In this document: positions 18,190 through 26,103 of the stretch, piece after piece
How positions within the stretch are numbered: position 1 is the stretch's first letter
Layout of the letters: each line of letters starts with the position of its first letter
Assembly: GCA_031256725.1 (NCBI GenBank)
Contig: JAIRQE010000019.1
Span: 60,001-92,000 of the forward strand
Source: Propionibacteriaceae bacterium
Lineage (GTDB): Bacteria > Actinomycetota > Actinomycetes > Propionibacteriales > Propionibacteriaceae
Direction: 5' to 3'
DNA length: 32,000 bases
Notes under the pieces: model-generated
Databases searched by the model: none
Seen by the model: only the letters and a program-made list of their open reading frames with translations
What the model was told of the DNA's origin: nothing
Translations under genes and position numbers: made by a program

Positions 18190-18828
18190 TTAGGATCGTG
18201 GCTGCCACTCATGCCACCCCGAATCCAGGGAATCAAGGACTAAGCGAATTCGTTTGAGATCTTTTGACGTTTTTCTCAGGTCCTTTAGTAACACCCTTGT
18301 TGATGACATTTCGGGATCTGTGAAAGAAACGAGGGCATGCCCTTTCGATATCCTCTCCGAGAGTTGACCGTTGACAACACTAAAGACCGTTTTTTCCAGC
18401 AGGTTAGCGTTCACTAACCACTCTTCATCGCATGCGTCACATCCACATGGAGGGAAAACGGCTTCGAAGAAGAGACCTGCCTTGATCTCAACTGAGGGAA
18501 AGCTCGTCACAACAATAGTCAATGGAGCTTCGTTGGTGCGCAGCGGAATCATCCGACATACACGAACAGATTGTGGTTGATCCAAACCTTGTGAAGAATC
18601 CTCTTCACTACTTACATCATCAACACACACTTCATAAGTAGATGCCAAGAAATCTATGAGGGCATTAGCGATATTAGTGAGTGGGGCGAACCTTTCTGGA
18701 TGATTGACCATACCATGAGACACAGGAGGAGGGCACTCTCCAACCCAGCGAGACCCGTAGTCAATAACATTACCTTCCTGGTCATAGAAAACCTGTGGAT
18801 TTACTGAGGGAGGTACAAAGCTAGCCAC
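18190..18828 (-). CDS. hypothetical protein (DUF6226-like, from memory)
   Basis: This 212 aa ORF has a GTG start. It contains HPERFAPL and a PPCGCDACDEEW block. It has no TM segment or signal peptide. Confidence 0.55.
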   Translation of the reverse strand: MASFVPPSVNPQVFYDQEGNVIDYGSRWVGECPPPVSHGMVNHPERFAPLTNIANALIDFLASTYEVCVDDVSSEEDSSQGLDQPQSVRVCRMIPLRTNEAPLTIVVTSFPSVEIKAGLFFEAVFPPCGCDACDEEWLVNANLLEKTVFSVVNGQLSERISKGHALVSFTDPEMSSTRVLLKDLRKTSKDLKRIRLVLDSLDSGWHEWQPRS

Positions 18829-19328
18829 TGTGATACTCCTTCGCTAACTCTTCGAGAATACCCGTTAGAATTATGAGCCTAGCAACGGTTTCCTGAGATT
18901 CAGGATCAGTACCCCAAAGGAAGTCGTCAAGTTCACCCCGGAACCCTGGATAATCGAAGCCTACATTGGGTTGGGTTTCAACCCAGCAAGTAATGCTAGT
19001 CTCGGATTTATGTTTTCCTTATCGTTTAACCATATCAGGTCATTACTTTCCTCGGTAATGAGTACTGGGACGAGCAAGGTGGGTAGACTATCAAATGGAG
19101 GGAGAATCTAGTGCTATCTTTCGCCTGGTGAGTGGATTCTGAATTGCACTCGAATCGGAGACTTGTTCTCAATGAGCCAGATGCCGAGAGCATAACTGAG
19201 TTAATAAGTCGCTACTGGATTAAAACACGCCTTTCGTGAAAATAGCCATTGCCGTAAGATATGTGTTAGCATTTTTCATCAATAATCTGCGAGACATTGC
19301 GGTCCGTAGTAGGGAGGTTTTTTCAAGC

Positions 19329-19805
19329 ATGAAAATCGTTAAATATATACTATTTTTCTCACTCGCGGTAGGGTTGGTTGTTGTTGGAATAAACACAACC
19401 GCATCGAAAGCGGAAGCGGCGACAACCTGTTTCTTGGGTGTCTGCGTGACGCCATCACCAAACCGCTGTCAAGGTGTAACTCACTATGTACATAATTCGA
19501 CGCACTCACAATATCGGTGGAATATTTCTGTTCACGCTTCAACTTCATGTCGTACTGTTCCCACGTCTCTTAGGACATATAGTGCGCTCTATATTGAGCG
19601 GTGGTGGGGTTGGCAATGGAAGGCGGAGGACACCAAAACAAGTACTTATAAGCTAAGTACTGCCGACGCTGCACCTCATTGGTACTGCAAAGGTGAATCA
19701 GGCAAGAACAGCTATCTCGGTCAATCTCAACACCGATCAGTAGAGAATGGTGAAACCTACTCAGGAAACACCCAGCATATTGCGACATTAACATGCAAGT
19801 ACTAG
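19329..19805 (+). CDS. secreted Cys-rich protein of unknown function
   Basis: The ATG at 19329 is preceded by gggagg. The signal peptide is MKIVKYILFFSLAVGLVVVGINTTASKAEA/ATT. The mature protein is ~130 aa with six Cys and a Trp-rich ERWWGWQW segment. The longer ORF-track start at 19236 is unlikely. Confidence 0.7.
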   Translation: MKIVKYILFFSLAVGLVVVGINTTASKAEAATTCFLGVCVTPSPNRCQGVTHYVHNSTHSQYRWNISVHASTSCRTVPTSLRTYSALYIERWWGWQWKAEDTKTSTYKLSTADAAPHWYCKGESGKNSYLGQSQHRSVENGETYSGNTQHIATLTCKY

Positions 19806-19853
19806 TAAAAAATCTTTTTTGCGACTGCGACCGTCGTCTGTGGTCTAGTTTGT

Positions 19854-20381
19854 TTGCTGGTGGGATGCTCAGGTTTTCAAGAGAGAGCATCCCACACGAC
19901 AACAAGCGTACAAATGGTTGAAGTAGGCGATTCCCCAAAACTGCCACCTACTGTGGCGATTGATGATACGATGCTGACCTTATTGTCTTCAGAGTGGTTC
20001 GATGGTGTCAGTGGGAATGTTCTCCGAACCTATCCTGGAGAGCACATGACAGTCAACGATCTCTCCAAGCTGGAATATAAAGACAGTATAAGTATTAGTA
20101 TCCTAGACCCTAGTGTACCTTCCTATCTTGCGATTAGATTTTTTGACTATGGTGAAGACGAGGTTCCAGATCAGATAGTGGATGAGATTGATTGCATCAC
20201 TGATACGGATAGGTGCAATGGCTCACATTCCGAAACTGGATTTCAATTCAGTATTCACGTACCGGAAACCCCAGTTGTTATTGTAGTAGATATAATGTAC
20301 TCGATACTTGATCCAGGGGTATCTCCAGGGCATTTATCCAATACGGTCTCCTGGGGTGCGGTGCTTGGGTATTTTACTTAA
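19854..20381 (+). CDS. probable lipoprotein, start codon unresolved
   Basis: The frame is open from 19809 and reads KIFFATATVVCGLVCLLVGCSG..., a hydrophobic h-region followed by the lipobox LVGC. It contains no ATG, GTG or TTG before the TTG at 19854, which would cut off the signal peptide. See the finding. Confidence 0.6.
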   Translation: MLVGCSGFQERASHTTTSVQMVEVGDSPKLPPTVAIDDTMLTLLSSEWFDGVSGNVLRTYPGEHMTVNDLSKLEYKDSISISILDPSVPSYLAIRFFDYGEDEVPDQIVDEIDCITDTDRCNGSHSETGFQFSIHVPETPVVIVVDIMYSILDPGVSPGHLSNTVSWGAVLGYFT

Positions 20382-20405
20382 TAAGCAAAGGTTAGGAGGT
20401 CTTCT

Positions 20406-21278
20406 ATGGGACGGTCCTTTTTTTCCACTGCAGTAGTTCTATTGATGCTTTGTTCCAGTTGCTCATCTGTTACAAGAGATGATGTGCCTTCGCTTACTGA
20501 TTCACGGCAGAGCGAGGACTCCTTGAGTATTTTTAGTGAGTGCGCGATTTCGAGAGATATCCCACTACATCTAGAAGGGTTTGGCCCTGAGCGGGGCATA
20601 GTGTTTGATGGTTCGCAGTTTTACTTTCTATGTCATTCTGGTGGATGTGAAACGGTTTCTCTCTCATCCAGTGACCGCCCTGGCGATGAAGGGAAGATGA
20701 GGCAAAGCATTGCAAAAATGCTTGATATACGCTTTTCGGAGTCTGTGTATCCTAGCGAGGATCTTCGAGAGGAAGCTTTCTTCGACTCCAATTTATTAAT
20801 GATAGATGGGGTTGATTACTCGACTGAGTTTGCAGAATGTATAGACAAAACAGGATATATCATAACCTATGATTCAAGAGATTCCGAGTATGAGAAGGAA
20901 GAAAAGGCCAGGATCTTGAAGGCAGGCTTAGTATGGGCCGAATGTGCAAGAAGCTACGGACTGGAAGTATGGGATCCTGATCCTGCCATAGTCGATGGGT
21001 GGGAAACGACGCCAACAGCCCTTTTGTCTTCAACGATTCATGAGAGCCAATTGAGGGAGGTTTTACAGAAGTGTCCAGCCACTGGCGAGGAATTGAGTGA
21101 AGAGCTTTTTGCTGACCCAAGTATCGGGTTTAACATTCCAGGCTTCCGTGGTCGTCAAGAACCCGACTATCCGATGGACGAAGATCTGTTCGCTGAACTC
21201 ATAATTCTAGAATCTATTATAAACGAGTTCAGGTCATCGGGATCAGTAACCTCTCAAACGGGACTTGGTACAGGTTAG
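20406..21278 (+). CDS. secreted or lipoprotein-like protein of unknown function
   Basis: A strong RBS (aggagg) precedes the ATG at 20406. The N-terminus MGRSFFSTAVVLLMLCSSCSS is signal- or lipoprotein-like. The body is acidic and Cys-containing, with no family that I recognise. Confidence 0.7.
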   Translation: MGRSFFSTAVVLLMLCSSCSSVTRDDVPSLTDSRQSEDSLSIFSECAISRDIPLHLEGFGPERGIVFDGSQFYFLCHSGGCETVSLSSSDRPGDEGKMRQSIAKMLDIRFSESVYPSEDLREEAFFDSNLLMIDGVDYSTEFAECIDKTGYIITYDSRDSEYEKEEKARILKAGLVWAECARSYGLEVWDPDPAIVDGWETTPTALLSSTIHESQLREVLQKCPATGEELSEELFADPSIGFNIPGFRGRQEPDYPMDEDLFAELIILESIINEFRSSGSVTSQTGLGTG

Positions 21279-21285
21279 AAACGGA

Positions 21286-21930
21286 ATGACAGTGGCTAAA
21301 ATCCCTTTTTTAGAGGAGTGCTCCGCATACAACTGTTGGATCATGTCAAAAGCAGAGGTCGTTGCCAGAGTCTTGATGCCGATTGAAGACCCTGCGGGAG
21401 AGTACATTCGTTGGGATTCTATCATTGATAGTAAATCCACAATTCATATTCGTTCTACAGTGGAAGCGATGGGAATTCCTGAGTTGTTTTTTCCGGAAGG
21501 GTTCGCCGATTCTACGTCAGCACAAGCACTTGTTGAAGCCCTCTCTGTCATGAGCGTTGGATCATCAGTATTCTACGTGGCACTATCGCGTATCTATAAT
21601 GAAAAACCACCCATTTCCATAGCTCCTCTACCCAAGAGTGATGACTTATCGTACTTTTTCGAAATGACTCAAGCTGAGATATATCCATGCTCAAGCATTG
21701 ATTGGGTTTCGGAGCTGAACCGCAGTGAGTGGCGACGCTTTCCGATCGGAATATGGCCCGATGACCTCTCATGGTCGTTAACTGCCTTGCTATATGAAGA
21801 TCAGTGGTTCTTCAGTGGATCTGCTGCCTCATATGAAATCCTCAAAAGATATGGATTGGAAATCTATCCGATCCCGGAAGAGGTGTGGCGGGCGAAGGTA
21901 TGTGAGGCGCCTCGATGTCCGTTATCCTGA
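21286..21930 (+). CDS. cytoplasmic hypothetical protein (faintly DUF2716-like C-terminus)
   Basis: The ATG at 21286 lies 8 nt after the previous stop. There is no signal peptide. IWPDDLSWSLTALLYEDQWFFSGS resembles the WPxDxxW...GGS block of DUF2716 (weak, from memory). The last ~12 nt run into the IS110 remnant. Confidence 0.55.
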   Translation: MTVAKIPFLEECSAYNCWIMSKAEVVARVLMPIEDPAGEYIRWDSIIDSKSTIHIRSTVEAMGIPELFFPEGFADSTSAQALVEALSVMSVGSSVFYVALSRIYNEKPPISIAPLPKSDDLSYFFEMTQAEIYPCSSIDWVSELNRSEWRRFPIGIWPDDLSWSLTALLYEDQWFFSGSAASYEILKRYGLEIYPIPEEVWRAKVCEAPRCPLS

Positions 21931-22177
21931 CGGGGATTGCGTAGCATTGTGGTGTCCACACCTAAAACGGATCTGGCGATCAACCCAGCATCAACAGGGT
22001 CGGACTTGCCACGGCCTGCTCTCATTCGTGCTGGGGTAGGGTGCGATTCTACGACAGTGAATCCCTCACTGGTGAGTAGAGACGCGAGTGTGGCTCCGTA
22101 AGAGCCTGCACACTCGATCACGGTGAGAGTCTCACTGGTAACCTGATGACGAATCCAGGTGATCGCACGTTTCATAC
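21918..22177 (-). pseudogene. internal fragment of an IS110-family transposase
   Basis: ...WIRHQVTSETLTVIECAGSYGATLASLLTSEGFTVVESHPTPARMRAGRGKSDPVDAGLIARSVL... matches the DEDD (IS110) N-domain core (E-TGxYG, GK[ST]DxxDA). The first ~50-60 aa and the whole C-terminal half are missing. Confidence 0.65.
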
Positions 22178-22376
22178 TGAGGTGTCATACTTTTTGTAGA
22201 CAGTGATCAGATAGGAAGAATAGTGTTCATGTCTACGAGTACTACTGGTCGTTCGGGTTCGTCTCGACGGTATTCGCCTCAGTTTAGGGCTGAGGCTGTG
22301 CAGATGGTGATTACGACGGGTAAGTCGATTTCTGAGGTTGCCCGGGGTCTTGGTGTGAGTCCTCAGGCTAAACTGC
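22178..22376 (+). pseudogene. left end of an IS3-family element (terminal repeat plus ~50 codons of orfA)
   Basis: tgaggtgtcatactttttgtagacag looks like an IS3-type TGA-starting terminal repeat. The orfA N-terminus RRYSPQFRAEAVQMVITTGKSISEVARGLGVSPQ is the IS3 HTH. Similarity stops at about 22376. Confidence 0.6.
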
Positions 22377-22388
22377 TAGAATCCGACC

Positions 22389-24185
22389 GTGAGTCTTGTT
22401 CGGGAGATCGGTGGCGAGTTCGCCATCCTTTGGACGACGATAGGGCGTACCCTTCGCCGCAAGGGCGCCCAAATCCTGCTGCTCTTTGTCTTTGCCTGGC
22501 TGGCCTACTATGTCACTGCCGCTCTTGCGGGCCTGATCGCACCCCGTCTGGCCTGGGTTGTCATCCCCTTAATGGCGGGTGGATGCCTGGTGATCCTGAC
22601 TGTCACCTTGGCGGCCTACCGGATGTCCATCGAAGAAGCCCAGGTAGTCATTGATGCCCCCAAACTCGATCATCTGAGCCTGTCTCCTCTGATTTCCACC
22701 TTATTAGTTCCGTTCATGTTGGCATACTCTGCCTTTGGATTCTTTGAGGGTTTCGCTAGGACGACAATGTTCGCTGCTGCGACCATGACCGGAACCACCT
22801 CGGAATCTAGTTTTCTTGGGCTCGTTGACCCTACGGCATCATCACTGACACTGATCCTCTGCGCTGGAGCCTTTATTGTCATGTGGGTTCTCGCCAGGGT
22901 TTTGAAGTACATCTCTGAGAAGCGGGAATCTCTAACCATCTCCTTGACCAGTGCATTGTTCTCAAGTTCCGCTGTCTTCCTCGTCTTATTCTCAGTCTTT
23001 CGGCTCTTCGGCAAGATCACCACCTGGGTGAAAACGCGCACCTTCGTTGGGTGGTCAGATGCACTTCTGGAGCGCATCGGCAGCATCTTCCAATTCGACT
23101 TTCCCGTGTATCTTCGGGTTGCCTGGAATTGGTTCATGGAGAATCTGTGGCCTATTTTCTGGTACGCGCTCTCTCAACCGATTCTCTGGCTGGTGGTGGT
23201 TGCGCTGATTGGGGGTATGCAATTCCATAGCGTGGAAAGTGTGTGGATGAGACTCATCGCCAAGATCCCCGTGAAATCATCAGCAAAGTTATCGCTTCCC
23301 AAAGTTGCTTTGACTGCACTACAAGAGTTAGCGGAAAGTCTTCTTTGTTTCCTTCACATGTTGAGCGCTGTCCTGAAATCGGGCGCGCCCTTCCTGGCTG
23401 CCTTGGTGATCTCTTTCGCAGTCATCGAGCAGGCCGGAGAATGGCTGGAATACCTCATCGCCCTTCTTCTTGGCCCCTCAACAACGCAGAACATGTTTCT
23501 CACCTCCCCCATTGCCGAAATCTTTTCTCAGTTGTTCACCCCAGCTTTGCAGGCAGTCATCTTGGCCACAGCGTTCGTCAGACTTCGACAAATCGAGAGT
23601 GCGAGGGCCCTTTCTCCGTATACTATCCTTTCTCCGCACACTAGGATCACATGGAAGCCCCTGATCTCCATGATTCTCATTGTGGGTCTGGCCGCGGGAA
23701 TCTACACAGTGAAACCCCCTGGGGATGAGCACTTCGTCACCATTACCCCAGGTGTGACCACACAGGTTGACACCATGAATGTGACGATTACTGACATGAG
23801 GATTGGGCGCAGCATTGAGGGAATGATCGACGGGAAGACTTGGGATGACCCAATTCCATCCCATGGGGTCTTTGTCATCGTGAACGTCACTCTTGGTTGC
23901 GAATTGACGACAGGAATCAGCATTGAAGGGCGTGTAGGTGACTCCATCTATCAACCATGGGACTCTTCTGCTGGTTCTCTTCGATGTGCGCCAGGATTTT
24001 CGGCCTCCCAGGATTTCGCCTTTGAGATTCCCAGCGAAGACCTCCCCTCTTTCTTTGTGACGACAACAAGAAGACAATATATGGCCTCTCGATGGGAGAT
24101 CGGCAAGATGCCTCTTCCCGCAGATCTCACGATAGACGATGTTGTCTATACCGATGAAACTCTCATTAAGGCGGTGGTGAGATGA
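22389..24185 (+). CDS. large polytopic membrane protein with a C-terminal DUF4352-like beta-sandwich domain
   Basis: This 598 aa protein has a GTG start. It has about nine hydrophobic helices, for example AQILLLFVFAWLAYYVTAALAGLI and WKPLISMILIVGLAAGIYTV. A soluble ~155 aa tail follows, with the pattern MNVTITDMRIG...HGVFVIVNVTL...GRVGDSIY...FAFEIPSEDL. Confidence 0.75.
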   Translation: MSLVREIGGEFAILWTTIGRTLRRKGAQILLLFVFAWLAYYVTAALAGLIAPRLAWVVIPLMAGGCLVILTVTLAAYRMSIEEAQVVIDAPKLDHLSLSPLISTLLVPFMLAYSAFGFFEGFARTTMFAAATMTGTTSESSFLGLVDPTASSLTLILCAGAFIVMWVLARVLKYISEKRESLTISLTSALFSSSAVFLVLFSVFRLFGKITTWVKTRTFVGWSDALLERIGSIFQFDFPVYLRVAWNWFMENLWPIFWYALSQPILWLVVVALIGGMQFHSVESVWMRLIAKIPVKSSAKLSLPKVALTALQELAESLLCFLHMLSAVLKSGAPFLAALVISFAVIEQAGEWLEYLIALLLGPSTTQNMFLTSPIAEIFSQLFTPALQAVILATAFVRLRQIESARALSPYTILSPHTRITWKPLISMILIVGLAAGIYTVKPPGDEHFVTITPGVTTQVDTMNVTITDMRIGRSIEGMIDGKTWDDPIPSHGVFVIVNVTLGCELTTGISIEGRVGDSIYQPWDSSAGSLRCAPGFSASQDFAFEIPSEDLPSFFVTTTRRQYMASRWEIGKMPLPADLTIDDVVYTDETLIKAVVR

Positions 24186-24760
24186 CTCAACGCCAAATCC
24201 TTCTTGGATGGATCACAGCTTTCGCGATCGCTGTCTCCTGGGTCTTCATTGTGGTCGGATTCAGCGATGCTTGGGAGAGCGAGAGAGCCCCATGGATCAA
24301 GCAGGGTACCCCTTGGATTCTCCCTCAAACCACCATGAGTATCGAATCCATGAAGATTTTTCATGAGATTCCCCAGTCTAGGGGTACTCCAGCCAAACCC
24401 ATGGATGGTGCGGTTTTCGTCGTCGTGACGGCGAGTTTCTCTGTGAGCGGTGATCTGCCCTACCAATGCATTGTGAGTCTTGTTGGGGATGGCCGCGAGT
24501 GGTCGGCCACAAGATCTTCCATCTTTCTGGACCATGAGAAGGCCGGAACTGTGTCTTCATGTCAAACCACCGACGAGAATGATTCTCCCATTCTCGAAGG
24601 TCGCGTTGCCGAACTCTTCGAGATTCCCCAGTCAGCAATTGCCGAGATCCAAGGAGTCAGGATTGCGCTCATGGATCCACATATAGACCTTGGAGACCAA
24701 AGGACAACCTACACCTTCACCGATGACCATGAGGCGGTCCTTCGAGGAACCCTTCAGTGA
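24182..24760 (+). CDS. single-pass membrane protein with a DUF4352-like ectodomain
   Basis: An ATGA overlap couples it to the upstream gene. It has an N-terminal TM segment, ILLGWITAFAIAVSWVFIVVGF. The ectodomain pattern is MSIESMKIFHEI...DGAVFVVVTASFSV...LVGDGREW...ELFEIPQSAI. Confidence 0.7.
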   Translation: MTQRQILLGWITAFAIAVSWVFIVVGFSDAWESERAPWIKQGTPWILPQTTMSIESMKIFHEIPQSRGTPAKPMDGAVFVVVTASFSVSGDLPYQCIVSLVGDGREWSATRSSIFLDHEKAGTVSSCQTTDENDSPILEGRVAELFEIPQSAIAEIQGVRIALMDPHIDLGDQRTTYTFTDDHEAVLRGTLQ

Positions 24761-25338
24761 AGTTCTATGGATACATCAACAGTCCAGTATTTCGGTTGCC
24801 CAGGATCATAGTACCAAGTTTTGTGATCCGATAGGCCCAGAACATTATTGTCAATGAGATGAACAGGAAAGAGACCGACTCGAAGAGGGCGATCTAGATC
24901 AATATCCTCGACAATGCTCACTTCCATAACCACTGGAACTTCGACACCGTCGAAGGGGGGAAAGATTCTCCCTGGTGATTTCTCGCCGTTGTCTAGAGTC
25001 TTCTCAACAGTCACATCTTTAATCAGGAAATCCTCATTGGTGTAATAGCCAAGAATGAGGCCCCTCGAAACCTGGAAGTCGCTCAGAGGCATGGATGCGG
25101 TATTGATCACCTCGGCATAAATAACAACATTGAATCGATCCTCGTCTTTGGTCCCCTCAGCCTTCAGAACCCGGATATCGATGTTGTTCAGAGAGACCCA
25201 CTCCCCCACCGGTACCTCAACCTGTTGATCATCTCTTTCATTGAACCCACCGAGAGCAATAACCACACCCACGATCACAGCAATGGCAAGAAGCCACGCG
25301 AGAGGAAGATGCCACTTCTTTGACCCAAATCGACTCAC
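24754..25338 (-). CDS. single-pass membrane protein with a DUF4352-like ectodomain
   Basis: It has an N-terminal TM segment, WHLPLAWLLAIAVIVGVVIALGGF. The ectodomain pattern is GEWVSLNNIDIRVLKAEG...FNVVIYAEVINTASMPL. Its stop codon overlaps the convergent stop of the previous gene (TCAGTGA). Confidence 0.7.
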   Translation of the reverse strand: MSRFGSKKWHLPLAWLLAIAVIVGVVIALGGFNERDDQQVEVPVGEWVSLNNIDIRVLKAEGTKDEDRFNVVIYAEVINTASMPLSDFQVSRGLILGYYTNEDFLIKDVTVEKTLDNGEKSPGRIFPPFDGVEVPVVMEVSIVEDIDLDRPLRVGLFPVHLIDNNVLGLSDHKTWYYDPGQPKYWTVDVSIELH

Positions 25339-25415
25339 ACAATAAGGATACTATTCAAAAGTGGTGGCGCGATGAAAGACCACTACGATGGGTGACTGTT
25401 CACGAATGATCGAGA

Positions 25416-25766
25416 TCATTCCTCGTGGGTGATTGGACCTTGTTCATCACATGAAGTATCTAAGATCGAGAGCAGTTCGCCAAAGGGCACTCCAAGGGCC
25501 CACGCCAAGGCCCACCATGAGTCAATCCTTCCACATGAAACACGCCCACGACCGTTCAACATATCGATTATGGCAGTTCGAGATAATCCACTCCTCATCA
25601 TCAAATCATTGATGGATAGTCGTTTCTGCGCTCTGATTCTTTGAATCTCCAGACGCAATTGACGCATGTCTATAGGTGGTGGTGGATCCAATCCAGCAGG
25701 GCGCATAGTCAAATCATCAAGGGAAGCCAATCCCTCATCCCTGGTGTCCTGGTACGCATTTGCCAC
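25416..25766 (-). CDS. XRE-family helix-turn-helix transcriptional regulator
   Basis: IRAQKRLSINDLMMRSGLSRTAIIDMLNGRG...LAWALGVPFGELL is a Cro/C1-type HTH. It lies 77 nt upstream of, and on the same strand as, the 194 aa membrane protein gene. Confidence 0.75.
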   Translation of the reverse strand: MANAYQDTRDEGLASLDDLTMRPAGLDPPPPIDMRQLRLEIQRIRAQKRLSINDLMMRSGLSRTAIIDMLNGRGRVSCGRIDSWWALAWALGVPFGELLSILDTSCDEQGPITHEE

Positions 25767-25988
25767 CCCCTAACGCTCTCAATTCCCAACAAGGATGGGA
25801 ATATGAAAATGCGTACTACCCCGGATGCGAGGCATTCCAGTTCGGAACCTGCATCACTCGGGCGAAAGAACAGTACACAGATGGGAAAGCAGCCGAGGAT
25901 CCCTCTACCAACATCGATGGTCAACATGCTGGTTATGTACTTGAGAGACACATGGAGTGAGTTGATTGAACAGCCGGCAAACCAAAAA

Positions 25989-26050
25989 TGCGCATTTGCG
26001 CACTAGTGTTCGGCATGATAGTTTCCCTCTGGGAAGATCGCATTTGCGTA
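25989..26050. promoter_or_regulatory. repeated TGCGCA-TT-TGCGCA-like boxes in the divergent intergenic region (candidate operator)
   Basis: tgcgcatttgcgca lies at 25989-26002 and tcgcatttgcgta at 26038-26050. They share the core cgcatttgcg, with starts 48 bp apart. Both lie upstream of the aggagg RBS and the ATG at 26104. Confidence 0.25.
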
Positions 26051-26103
26051 CCATATCACCAAGACTCGAGATTCATCTGGAGTGATTTTTAGGAGGAACA
26101 CCC

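Noticed and set aside
18027-18236. 69 aa minus-strand ORF between the IS256 remnant and the DUF6226-like gene
   Set aside because: It overlaps the 3' end of the 212 aa gene. I found no recognisable transposase continuation in any frame, so it is probably non-coding debris.
22377-22654. Distal two thirds of the 143 aa ORF starting at 22223
   Set aside because: Only the first ~50 codons are IS3 orfA-like. The remainder is an out-of-frame read through the 5' end of the 598 aa membrane protein gene.
23478-24077. 199 aa minus-strand ORF, plus 133 aa and 155 aa ORFs inside the 598 aa gene
   Set aside because: They are antisense or alternate-frame shadow ORFs. The long plus-strand frame has coherent TM-helix periodicity and a folded-domain-like tail.
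25641-26006. 121 aa plus-strand and 80 aa minus-strand ORFs in the XRE / C-domain intergenic region
   Set aside because: The plus-strand ORF overlaps the XRE gene start. Neither has an RBS, and their composition is not protein-like. I treated the region as a divergent regulatory region.
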